A program made the position numbers and the translations under genes. A DNA stretch of 64,000 nt from Haliotis cracherodii. Taxonomy: Eukaryota. The stretch is taken from positions 45,570,001 to 45,634,000 of the forward strand of contig NW_027266264.1 of the NCBI RefSeq assembly GCF_022045235.1, in the 5' to 3' direction. The notes beneath the pieces were generated by a model. The model did not search any database. It worked only from the letters and a program-made list of their open reading frames with translations, and was not told the DNA's origin. Position 1 is the stretch's first letter, and the number at the start of each line of letters is the position of its first letter. Positions 1 through 9,778 of this stretch are shown here, in pieces.

Positions 1-434
1 AAGGATGAGTTGCCAACTGCAAAAACACTTGGTTTGACGTGGGTTGCTAAATACACACAATAGTTGGACACTTACAAAGAGAGGTTTTCTTAAAAATAAT
101 GGCTAGGGTATTCGATCCATTGAAAAAATGAAAAATTTATCATGCAGGAAGTCTGGATCAGGGGGTTAGATTGAGATGAAGAGCTTTAAACTGATTTGAA
201 AGAGAAAGTGTTGCTTTGGCTCAATCAAGTGAAAGAGATGGAGACTGTTAGATTCCAGAGATGCTTGCAACTCAAGTTCAACATTGAGGACAGGAGATTG
301 CATGTTTTCGTTGATGCATTAGAAAGTGCATATGGGGCAGTTGTATACAACGTGACTAACTATCAAAAAGGGACAGTGTCTAGTTGCTTGGTGGCATCAA
401 AATGTCGAGTAGCACCTCTGATATCAGTCAGCAT
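1..434 (+). mobile_element. BEL/Pao LTR-retrotransposon pol fragment (RT C-terminus/RNase H, Peptidase_A17-type region), degenerate
   Basis: Translates, with stops and frameshifts, as KTLGLTW..RVFDPL..MQEVWIRGLD..LHVFVDALESAYGAVVY..LVASKCRVAPL. This matches the Pao LHxFxDASxxAYGAxxY / LxxAKSRVAP signature. Confidence 0.85.
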
Positions 435-439
435 TCTCC

Positions 440-1550
440 TACAAACGACCAATGCCAGCCTACCGTTAGGACACCGTACTGCTACACAGACTCCTTGCTG
501 ACCGTCCAGCCACTCGGCTTACCATATGACTTTCATCAACCAACATCTCCCAAGCCAGCCGCACGGACTACACGGGAGTACCTAGCCAGCAGTCCAGTCG
601 ACGGTCCAGCCGATGGTCCAGCCAACCGAGAAGACAGCCACCGCACGACTACCGTTACCCATGGACCACAAGCCACATGGAGGCAGATTATACCAGAATC
701 ATGGTCACCGGAGGATGACAAACCCTTCAGGGTAGACATGGCGTGCTACGATTATCCAACCCCCAGGGGAGATTCCCAAGGCCACTCGGAGGCGGAGTCA
801 GAGGGTGTTGAGGATCAGGCTGAAAACTCACCTCAACGAGACTACACCGAAGGTTATACCTTCGTGGAACTAATTGATGAACTCTACCATCTTATGCCTA
901 TGCTTCAACCGCCCTGGCAGAAAATTCGCCACCCCAGATGCCTGAATACAGGGGATGTCATGCTCCTACATCGTCTCAACACATTCATCAGACATTACCT
1001 CGGCCCAGTTAAGCTGGCAAGGTTGTTGACCAGTTGACCGATAACATTCACAGGCTCAAGTATGATGAATGTTTATCTTTACCACCTATGAAATGGAAGT
1101 TCTATAGGATGCATGAGGCTACACTTCTGGAATTCCCAAGTATAGATGAAGATTTCTACAAGTTGGTGCTCAATCCCGACACTTATGTCACATTATCGGC
1201 ATCGTGGTTCAAGTATTTGACATCTGTCTCCAGAAGGAGTTGCACCAGAAACACCCATGACTTATTAGGACTGATCAAGTCGGACTCATCCATAGCCTCC
1301 TACACTTGATTGTCATGATGCAGGAAGACTTTCTCTCCTCCCAAGTTTGGACTTCTGAGGCTACAACATCAACAACTTTTAGCTCAGATCAGATCCAGAG
1401 CCGTGTCAAACCAAACCAAGAAGTTTATTATGACACAACCTACATCAGCGACCACAACATTTAACGGGAAATTAAAACATGTCATAGATGAAGTTAAATG
1501 AGACACAGCAAAACGTTTCCAAACTTCAATTATCGACTTCCTTACCACCC
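440..1550 (+). mobile_element. Probable degenerate DIRS-type gag remnant
   Basis: Broken ORFs 384-1037 and 1034-1309, plus TTFNGKLKHVIDEVK near 1450-1497. These resemble the neighbouring DIRS gag (TLFNNKIPGVLKEQ; helical L..ARxS...D.L segment). Similarity judged by eye only. Confidence 0.35.
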
Positions 1551-1928
1551 CCTTCAATGTTATAGACCCTTTCTACCTGTGATGTTTGTTTTATCCTTCT
1601 TTATCCATGCAGGGAGCACAGGTAGCCCTGTCATCTAAGGTGCCGCAATTCGCTATCATTGTGGGTTCGGATACCGGTTCGCCTCGATTATGTTTCTATG
1701 TCTGTCAGCACCATATCCATGCTCGTGGGTTTCACCAAAGCTGTAAACGTTTGATAGCTGCATCATTTTGGCTTTTCTCCCAATGATGAATTATTGTCAG
1801 AAAAAAAAAGTAGGTAAAAAAAATGTTTTATTTTGACTTCATCTTTCTCATGTCTCCTGTGACTCAATCTATATATTTCTGTCACTTGACTGGATAATAC
1901 AACAACAAATTATTTTAATTTATTGCAG

Positions 1929-2000
1929 GAATCCAAGCGAGCATATGTAAACCCTGCCAAAGTAGAAAGACTCCACAAACTGTACTGGGATAATGGCAAG
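1929..2000 (+). CDS. NAPRT: Nicotinate phosphoribosyltransferase, internal exon (third from last)
   Basis: ttgcag|GAATCC...GGCAAG|gtagga, 72 nt, phase 0/0. ESKRAYVNPAKVERLHKLYWDNGK matches the invertebrate NAPRT C-terminal region (FxESKRAYVxP..VE.L...YW..GK). Confidence 0.9.
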
Positions 2001-2231
2001 GTAGGATTCTCTCTCTCTGCCTCCCTCTATCAACCCCACGATGCAGAGAGTTTCACTCCTATTATTCATGTTCTAAGCTTTTATGTCACGGAACCATATG
2101 GCCTTTGAATATTTTTGTCATCTTCCAGACGATACCCGGGGCAGAACTTGAAAACCATACAGTGTATTTGATCGAAACTTGGCAAATCTATCAGTCACAT
2201 TTTTTATTTTTTGTGTTTCCATAAATTATTT

Positions 2232-2378
2232 TAAGTAATACGTTACCACTGTTATACCGAGGCTGTTGTCTCCCACAACTGCTGCTATAGCGAAATCTAC
2301 CACAGAGATCTCAATTACCTCATGCAGCACGTGCGTAGCCACCTAGCTGCCATGTGACACCCTTCACTCTTGTCTCCT
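2232..2378. repeat. DIRS left inverted terminal repeat (147 bp)
   Basis: Exact reverse complement of 7676-7822 by direct reading. Confidence 0.95.
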
Positions 2379-2765
2379 TTGTCTGCTAAGCAAGACGTGT
2401 TTTCTCCTGCTGAAGCGTTCCTTGAAGATTTGGTGATATTTATTATAGTTTATTCTCTAATAAACTGTGCTTTTATGGGGCGTTGCGGTAGCTACGCTTG
2501 GTTATAATTTTCCCGCCAAACGGAAAATTTTTCCCGCCCGTTTTTCTATATACTTGCGGGGTTCGCGTATGCACGTTGTGTTTAACGTTTCCCCTGTTCT
2601 TGTATGTTTTTGGGGTTAACATAACTTATTTCTTTAATAAAAGTTATATGTGTATGTTATATGTTCACATTGCTCGTTTATTTTCTTGTGAAAATGCTCG
2701 TTTGTGAATCATTGTGGTGCGTGCGTTGTAACCATGTTTTGTTCTTTGTTTATAGCAAACAATCA

Positions 2766-3880
2766 ATGTCTGACATGGATATGTCCCCAGTATCCACCCC
2801 CTCTACCCCTGCTCCTCGGAGTTGTGGGGTGTGCAGAAAGTTTTTGTCGTCCCGGGATCCCCACGATCGTTGCCCGCGGTGCAGGGTTCCTTGCGGGGAC
2901 ACCCGGTGCACCCTGTGCGAAGGTCTGGGGCCTGCGGAGTTTGAGCGGTACCGGCTGTACATACAGTCCGTCTCCACCCCTGTGGTGGCCGGTTCCGATA
3001 CCGCGGGGAATCCACGGTTCCGTGGATTCCTCCGAGGTATACGACGAGACGTCCGACAAGGCTTTCCCGGCATCAACCTTGCTGCGCGGGATTAAGCCTT
3101 CTTTGGAGAAGGCCTTCACGGCTGCCTCCGGTCGGGGTCTCCCGTTACCTCCCCCGTCGTGGAGAAAAGGGTCTTTCCCAGTACATGACCTTGCCTTTCC
3201 CGAGGCTGGTCCTTCTGCGGAAGCCCATGTGGAGCGTTTGGGGGTCTGTGCCCCACTGGTTGCCACGGTACCACAAGGTACCTTGCAACAGCTGGACACC
3301 CTCGCTCGACACTCCATGCTGGCAATGTCTCACGGAGACACATACCTGGCTGCAGCGGCCAGTCTGGTCGAAGGTTCTCCTACGGACCGAGACCAGCGCA
3401 TTTACAACTGCTTGCTCGGTTTGAATGCTTCCCTGGAGTACGTTGCCGGGGCTTCGGCCTTTGTTTCTGGCACGTGCCATTTTCTTCGGCGCCAGTCGTA
3501 TCTGGCTGCTTCAGGGTTGGACGCTGCCAATCAGGAGGTGCTCCTTTCGTCAGGAGGTGCAGCCTTGGTCTGCTCGGACCCTGTTTAATAACAAGATCCC
3601 TGGGGTTCTGAAGGAACAACAGGCCGCTGTGTCTGCCGAGGCCTCTCGGCACACACTGGATCTTGTGGGGTCCTTGCATAGGCGCCTGGGTGCCGCTCCG
3701 AAGCGGAGCGCGCCCCAGGATGCTGCGTCCGGCAGGCCTAAGGGGTCGGGTCCTTCTTCCTCCGGGAAGAAGCCCCGCTCTGAGGGCTCCGGTAAGGGTT
3801 CTCAGCAGCCCTTTCGCGGGAAGAAGGGGAACTGGGGGAAGCCCAAGTCGTCTAAGGACGGCAAGGGCCCCTCCAGGTGA
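2766..3880 (+). pseudogene. DIRS gag-like ORF1, frameshifted
   Basis: N-terminal Cys cluster CGVC..DPHDRCPRC..C..CTLC, then a helical core in a second frame (2704-3588) and a basic low-complexity tail in a third (3425-3880). Confidence 0.75.
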
Positions 3881-5888
3881 CTCTCATTGGAGGGGTTCGT
3901 ATGCCGACAGCGCCAACTTCGGTTGGCCCGTAGGCGAACCCGAGTCACTTGGCCCTGGACAGTTGCGCCTGCCGCAGCCCGTCCGGCCCCCCTCTCTTTC
4001 CCCAGTGGGAGCCAGACTCCAGACTTATTGGGAGAATTGGGAACAAGTGTTCGACGACCCGTGGGTGGTCAACACGATTCGGTACGGCTATCGGCTCGAT
4101 CTCAAAGCGAATCCGCCGCTCACCGTTGCCCCGTCGGCAGGTTTCTATTCGGAAACCGATCTTCCCTTCCTCGCCGATGCCATCGGCAGGTTGGTGGAGA
4201 AGAGGGCAGTTCGGGAGTTAGCTCTACCGGAAATAACACCGGGGTTTTACTCCAGGATATTTCTCGTTCCCAAGAAGGACAGTGCCGAACTCAGAATGAT
4301 TCACAACTTGAAATCGTTCAACGAGTTCTACCTGCGCAAGCCGCCCAAGTTCAGAATGTTGAGCTTGACGGACCTGAAAGCACTGATCATGCCGGCCGAC
4401 TGGCTAGCTTCGATCAACCTGAAGGATGCTTATCTGCATGTTCCGATTCACTCGGATCATCACAAGTATCTCAGGTTTGTCTTTCAAGGCAGGCACTACG
4501 AGTGGGTTGTACTCCCCTTCGGTCTTACATCCGCTCCCTGGCTGTTCACCCGGTTAACCACCCCCATAGTGGGGTTCCTCCACCGGAGGGGTGTCCGGTA
4601 CTTCGTGTACCTGGACGACTCGCTAGTAGCAAATCGAATGACGGACACCCTGTCACGCCATCTCGTTTTCGCACGTCGGCTCTCGGAGCAATTGGGGTGG
4701 ATTGTCAATCTCCCCAAGAGCGAGTTAACCCCTTCTCAGAACTTGCAGTTCATCGGAGGTTGGTTCAACACGGGGTCCCATCGCCTATTTGTCCCCCCAG
4801 ACCGGTGGCACAAAATTCAGGCGATGATTGCCAAAGTCTTAGCGGTGCAACAGACTGTTCACTTTTGGGAACAGCTGTTAGGGCTACTTGTATCAGCCCA
4901 GGACTGCACCGAACGGGGTCGTCTCTAACTCCGCCCGCTGCAACGGTTTTTAATCCAGTTGTTAGCAACGGAGGTGAACAGTGCGACCGTCGCCCTCCCG
5001 GATCGGCTCCGACCGCATCTGGAGTGGTGGACGCTCCCTTACAATGTCTTATCAGGAGTCTCTATGCGGCCCTACCGGGCCACGTTGAACCTGTAAACAG
5101 ACGTCTCTCTAGTGGGCTGGGGCGCCCATCTAGAGGGGGAGGTGAGTTCGGGGCTGTGGTGCGTAGACGAACTAGGTCTTCACATCAATTGTCTCGAGTT
5201 CAAGGCAGTGATCAACGCAGTCAATCACTGGAAGCATCGTCTCATCGACGCCCGGCTCATGCTGGCGACTGACAACACGACGGTAGTGTCCTATGTGAAC
5301 AAACTTTGGGGAACCCACAGTCACTCGCTACTCGATCTCACGTTCGAGTTTTACGCTCTGGTGGACAGTGTCCCGTGCCAGATACGCGCCCGTCACATCC
5401 CAGGTGTGCGGAACATACTGGCTGATGCTCTATCGAGGCCTCAGGATCCGAACCCCACAGAGTGGATGCTGAACCCAGTAGTGTTTCAGTGGCTGTGCGA
5501 ACGTTTGGGTCGTCCGATGGTCGACCTGTTCGCAACACGGTTCAACAATCAACTCCCGTTGTTTGTATCACCAGTCCCGGACCCGAGGGCCATCGATCAC
5601 GATGCTCTCGCGTTAGACTAGACGGGCTTGGACGCTTATGCTTACCCGCCGACAGCGTTGATACCACACATTCTAAGCCGGCTTCGAGGAGTTCGCTGTC
5701 GAATGTTACTGACCGCGCCCATGTGGCCGAACAGATCGTGGTACCCCGACTTGCTGACCCAGGTCACGCAGTCGCCACTCCCACTGCCTGTGAGACCGGA
5801 TCTCTTGATCCACCCTCACACCCGTCAGCTTCATCCAAACGCAGGGCAGTTCAATCTGCACGCGTGGATGTTGTCACCGAGTGTCTGA
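3881..5888 (+). pseudogene. DIRS pol: reverse transcriptase, RNase H and Dam-like N6-adenine methyltransferase domain, with three in-frame stops
   Basis: RT: FYSRIFLVPKKD, LKDAYLH, LPFGL, YLDD. RNase H: TDVSLVGWGAHL, HINCLEFKAV, TDNTTVVSY, HIPGVRNILADALSR. MTase: VDLFATRFN, YAYPP, APMWPNRSWY. Stops at 4926, 5094 and 5619 lie in one frame. Confidence 0.93.
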
Positions 5889-6928
5889 GGAGTAAAGTTT
5901 TTTCTCGCCGGGCGTCTCGGGCATACGTTAGTATGCATCGTGATTCTACCCAGAAGGTGTATAATGCACGTTGGGTTATTTTCCCGAAGTGGTGTTGTAA
6001 ACATCACATTCATTCGCCAGATAAGGTATCTGTGCAGGATATTGCTCGTTTCATGTCTCACTTGCGAGAGACCCGGAAACTCTCCGGGGGTTCCATTGCC
6101 AACTATGTCTCGTCCGTTGCTACAGTACGGGACGTTGCTATGGGTACCAGTCTCTCCAAAGAGCCGGTGATGCGGGGTATTATCAAGGGTTTCAAACAGC
6201 ACGATCTTAAGAAGGGCCGCCTTCGGGCACCGGCCTGGGATCTTTCCCTAGTGTTGCAATCACTTACGGAAGCTCCGTATGAACCCTTGCATAGTGCTTC
6301 GTTCCGGCATGTGACTTGGAAAACAGCATTTCTCCTCTCCTTTGCCACGGCGGCACGTGTATCCGAAATTCATGCACTCGATGTCGCCAAGGTACGATTC
6401 AATAGGGGTGACGAAGGAGCGGTCCGCCTGGGCCTGCTCATGGGCTTCGTCGCCAAGAATCAGAGAGTCGGGCAAACGGAGAGAGAATTCACTGTAAGAT
6501 CCCTCAAAGAAATCTTACATCCTGCTGATACTGAGGACAGAGCGCTGTGTCCGGTTAGGGCCCTGAAGTATTATCTTAAGGCTTCGAATGAACGTAGACA
6601 AGGGCGTGACCGTCTGTTCATATCGTGTAACCCTAATCGCACGGTTGACATAACTCGCAACTCGATTGCGTTGTGGCTTCGCTCTGTCATCAATCTGGCG
6701 TACCGGTCTTGGGGGTTACCGGTAGCGGGGTCAAACCCGCACGAGATCAGGGCGCTAGCGGCAACATTTGCCCTACACTCGAATATCTCTGTTCACAGAA
6801 TATTACGAGGTTGTTACTGGCGTTCTGACTCGGTTTTTGCCAATCATTACCTCAGAAAGGTTTCTGATGAAGACGTGGAGGGGGTGCACCGTCTTGGGCC
6901 GCTGATCGCGGCACAAGCGGTCATCTAG
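5462..6928 (+). CDS. DIRS tyrosine recombinase (SAM-like core-binding plus catalytic domain); true start uncertain
   Basis: Uninterrupted frame with AARVSEI (Arg), LCPVRALKYY, HEIRALAA (HxxR), YWRS and FANHYLR (Tyr). Confidence 0.9.
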   Translation: MDAEPSSVSVAVRTFGSSDGRPVRNTVQQSTPVVCITSPGPEGHRSRCSRVRLDGLGRLCLPADSVDTTHSKPASRSSLSNVTDRAHVAEQIVVPRLADPGHAVATPTACETGSLDPPSHPSASSKRRAVQSARVDVVTECLRSKVFSRRASRAYVSMHRDSTQKVYNARWVIFPKWCCKHHIHSPDKVSVQDIARFMSHLRETRKLSGGSIANYVSSVATVRDVAMGTSLSKEPVMRGIIKGFKQHDLKKGRLRAPAWDLSLVLQSLTEAPYEPLHSASFRHVTWKTAFLLSFATAARVSEIHALDVAKVRFNRGDEGAVRLGLLMGFVAKNQRVGQTEREFTVRSLKEILHPADTEDRALCPVRALKYYLKASNERRQGRDRLFISCNPNRTVDITRNSIALWLRSVINLAYRSWGLPVAGSNPHEIRALAATFALHSNISVHRILRGCYWRSDSVFANHYLRKVSDEDVEGVHRLGPLIAAQAVI

Positions 6929-7542
6929 GGGGTGTGTCCAGCGCAATTCCAAACTCCGCAGTCGTCAGTCCTTGCACGGTGGTCAATCTGGGTCGTCTCC
7001 GATGTTCCCACGCCGTGGGTACAGGAGTGGGGGTCCTGCAAACCAGCGCACTCACACCACAGGTGAGGCGGCTTTTTGTGTGTTTTGTCCTTATTTGTAT
7101 TTTGACAATTATGCATTTAATTGTCTGTCGTGTATTCCAACCTTGCGATACATGCTTACGAATACTGGAATTAGGTCACGCGCCTAATGCATGCTTTAAG
7201 TAGGCTTGCTCTGGGATATACGGTCTGAAGGAAATTAATTTCCCTCTTTTCGACTGTTTAACCTGATCTAAGATTTAGCTCACGCGGATACAGTGTTCTC
7301 ATCCGCTGCGGCGATGAAATACCTATCCAGTGGGGCCGTTTGGAGTCACCAATCGTTTTGGCAATGACGATTGAGCCTTACGGTATGCGCTTGACAGTGC
7401 TTTGGTATTCCTATAGGCTAACGCCTAGCTAGGTGCATGCGCATCGAGTGCTTCCGCCTTGGTGTTTACTTCCGCTGGTCGGAAGGAACGCTAGCAGTCA
7501 GGATTCGGGTTGTAGGTGCTCCCAACCGCCTACTGTGGTAGT

Positions 7543-7633
7543 CAGCCTCGGTATAACAGTGGTAACGTATTACTTAATGTAATTTGTAGAATTTTCCTAT
7601 TCGGAATATTCTATAAGTAATACGTTACCACTG
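7543..7633. repeat. DIRS internal complementary region (ICR)
   Basis: 7543-7577 is complementary to the start of the left ITR. 7580-7633 is complementary to the right extension plus the end of the right ITR. Confidence 0.92.
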
Positions 7634-7675
7634 GGCTGCTGCCCGCCCGTCCGTCCCCCGAGCACTTGCTCTCGC

Positions 7676-7856
7676 AGGAGACAAGAGTGAAGGGTGTCAC
7701 ATGGCAGCTAGGTGGCTACGCACGTGCTGCATGAGGTAATTGAGATCTCTGTGGTAGATTTCGCTATAGCAGCAGTTGTGGGAGACAACAGCCTCGGTAT
7801 AACAGTGGTAACGTATTACTTATAGAATATTCCGAATAGGAAAATTCTACAAATTA
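7676..7856. repeat. DIRS right ITR (7676-7822) plus right extension (7823-7856)
   Basis: Reverse complement of the left ITR, followed by 34 bp complementary to the right half of the ICR. Confidence 0.93.
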
Positions 7857-8284
7857 GGACTTGGTTCTCTAAGGGTGGACAGACTGAACTGGTGTCATTT
7901 GATATTAAGGAGATTTGGAAATGTTTATTTTATAATTTCCATTGCAGCTATTTTGACACGGGCTAAGAGAAATGTTGGGTCAGTTACCTGGTTTCGGACC
8001 ATAACGTGTTAAAATGGGTGGGGCATATAGATGACTTCGTTGACTATACACTTGTTTAGTTATTGTTTCTTGTAATTTGTCATTTGTTTTCATAAAAACA
8101 CCCCACAGAAACACACTTGTTTTACTTTCCATTTCATATGGATGTGACCATGGTGGATCTTTTGTGGGTAAACAATTTTAGCTTCTTCAAGAACATTCAT
8201 CTCTTTACTCATTACATACAGAAATGCACATTTACTTGTGGTTACTTTACAGACAGCTGACTCTTGTTCCCTTACCTGTAGTTG

Positions 8285-8886
8285 TCCTTATTGATGATGC
8301 ACAGTGTATGACCAGCTTGTAGGTGTGAGTGGAGTGGAAGGTGTCCTAATTGATGATGCACAGTTTATGAGCTGCTTGAAGGTGTGAGTGGAATGGAAGG
8401 TGTCCTAATTGATGATGCACAGTTTATCAGCTGCTTGAAGGTGTGAGTGGAATGGAAGGTGTCCTAATAGATGATGCACAGTGTATGACCAGCTTGTAGG
8501 TGTGATTGGAATGGAAGGTGTCCTAATAGATGATGCACAGTGTATGACCAGCTTATAGGTGTCCTAAATGATGATGCACAGTGTATGACCAGCTTGTAGA
8601 TGTGAGTGGAATGGAAGGTGTCCGAATTGATGATGCACTGTGTATGACTAGGTTGTAGGTGTGATTCGAATGGAAGGTGTCCTAATTGATGATGCACAGT
8701 GTATGACCAGCTTGTAGGTGTCCTAAATGATGATGCACAGTGTATGACCAGCTTGTAGATGTGAGTGGAATGGAAGGTGTCCGAATTGATGATGCACTGT
8801 GTATGACTAGGTTGTAGGTGTGATTGTATTGGAAGGTGTCCTAATTGATGATGCACACTGTATGACCAGCTTGTAGGTGTGAGTGG
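8285..8886. repeat. 59-bp minisatellite with 41-bp deletion variants
   Basis: Unit tgatgatgcacagtgtatgaccagcttgtaggtgtgagtggaatggaaggtgtcctaat. The gtcc anchor recurs at 8343, 8402, 8461, 8520, 8561, 8620, 8679, 8720. Confidence 0.95.
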
Positions 8887-8973
8887 CAACAGCAGAGGAA
8901 ATATATCTGTTCTTGTAAGCCATGAATAGCTTCATTTTACTCTCTTCACCATCACAATTATTTCTGCAAACAG

Positions 8974-9081
8974 GTGGCTCAACCATTGCCATCACTGAAA
9001 GAAATCCGAGATACAGCCAAATCATCCCTCAATTCTATACGACAAGACCACAAGCGAGCCCTCAACCCTACTCCATACAAG
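8974..9081 (+). CDS. NAPRT: Nicotinate phosphoribosyltransferase, penultimate exon
   Basis: aaacag|GTGGCT...TACAAG|gtaagg, 108 nt. Encodes VAQPLPSLKEIRDTAKSSLNSIRQDHKRALNPTPYK (conserved R.DHKR.LNPTPYK). Confidence 0.93.
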
Positions 9082-9437
9082 GTAAGGCACCAACTATTTG
9101 TGCAGCAATATAAGACTGTATATCCTTTAAGGGGTAATGCTGGAGTTGATTCTTGTGACCTCTAGTCTGCCAGCTAGACCATACATGGAAAGATTGCATG
9201 AGTATATACAAGGCAAGCAGACAGCTCATATTCCTGTTATTATCTGTTATTCCACTGATATGTGGGAAATAGTCTGATTTGCCAGCTGAAATAAGTCCCC
9301 TGTTGTGGTTTATGATATGATTATTTGGAGATATTCTTCTAACTACAAAATACCATCTTCAGTTACCATTTGTCACCACTCACCTAGGCCTGTTCCTGTG
9401 AACAAGATAGTTTTTCATGTCAGGCTCAATACAAATA

Positions 9438-9596
9438 GTGGATGGGGAAGCCTAGTGGTTAAAGCGTTTACTCATCATGCCAAAGGCCTGGTTTTGATTA
9501 CCCTCATGGGTACAATGTGTGAAGCCCATTTCAGGTGTAACCAATCATGGTGTTATTGAAACATTGCTAAAAGCGGCATAAAATCATGCTTACTCG
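9438..9596 (+). mobile_element. tRNA-derived SINE, diverged copy in the last NAPRT intron
   Basis: agcctagtggttaaagcg head, tgtgaagcccatttc body and ttgctaaaagcggcataaaa tail. Same family as 39468-39627. Confidence 0.75.
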
Positions 9597-9700
9597 ATAA
9601 AAGAAACAGCTTTCTGACATACTTTTTATGAAATAAGTGAATGTCTGACGCTCATGTAACTGAATAGGGACAGTGATTGTATTCTGATTGGTTGTTTCAG

Positions 9701-9778
9701 GTTTCTGTCTCTGACAACCTGTACACGTTCATCCATGATCTGTGGCTGGAGAGTGCACCAATAGGAGAGCTCTCCTAG
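9701..9778 (+). CDS. NAPRT: Nicotinate phosphoribosyltransferase, last coding exon
   Basis: tttcag|GTTTCT...TCCTAG encodes [25 protein letters not shown], the characteristic NAPRT C-terminus. In frame with the previous exons; not in the ORF track. Confidence 0.93.
   Translation, partial: VSVSDNLYTFIHDLWLESAPIGELS

Larger units (their letters stand above)
2223..7856 (+). mobile_element. Full-length DIRS1-like tyrosine-recombinase retrotransposon in a NAPRT intron (pol disabled)
   Basis: Inverted terminal repeats 2232-2378 and 7676-7822, right extension 7823-7856, ICR 7543-7633, and gag, RT/RNase H/methylase and YR ORFs. AAATTA occurs at both ends (2223-2228, 7851-7856). Confidence 0.95.

Noticed and set aside
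2750-6475. Minus-strand ORFs inside the DIRS element
   Set aside because: Short shadows of GC-rich overlapping coding sequence with no recognisable motifs.
5460-6928. Prophage or bacterial contamination (integrase plus Dam methylase)
   Set aside because: Both domains lie within a canonical DIRS structure inside a spliceosomal intron.
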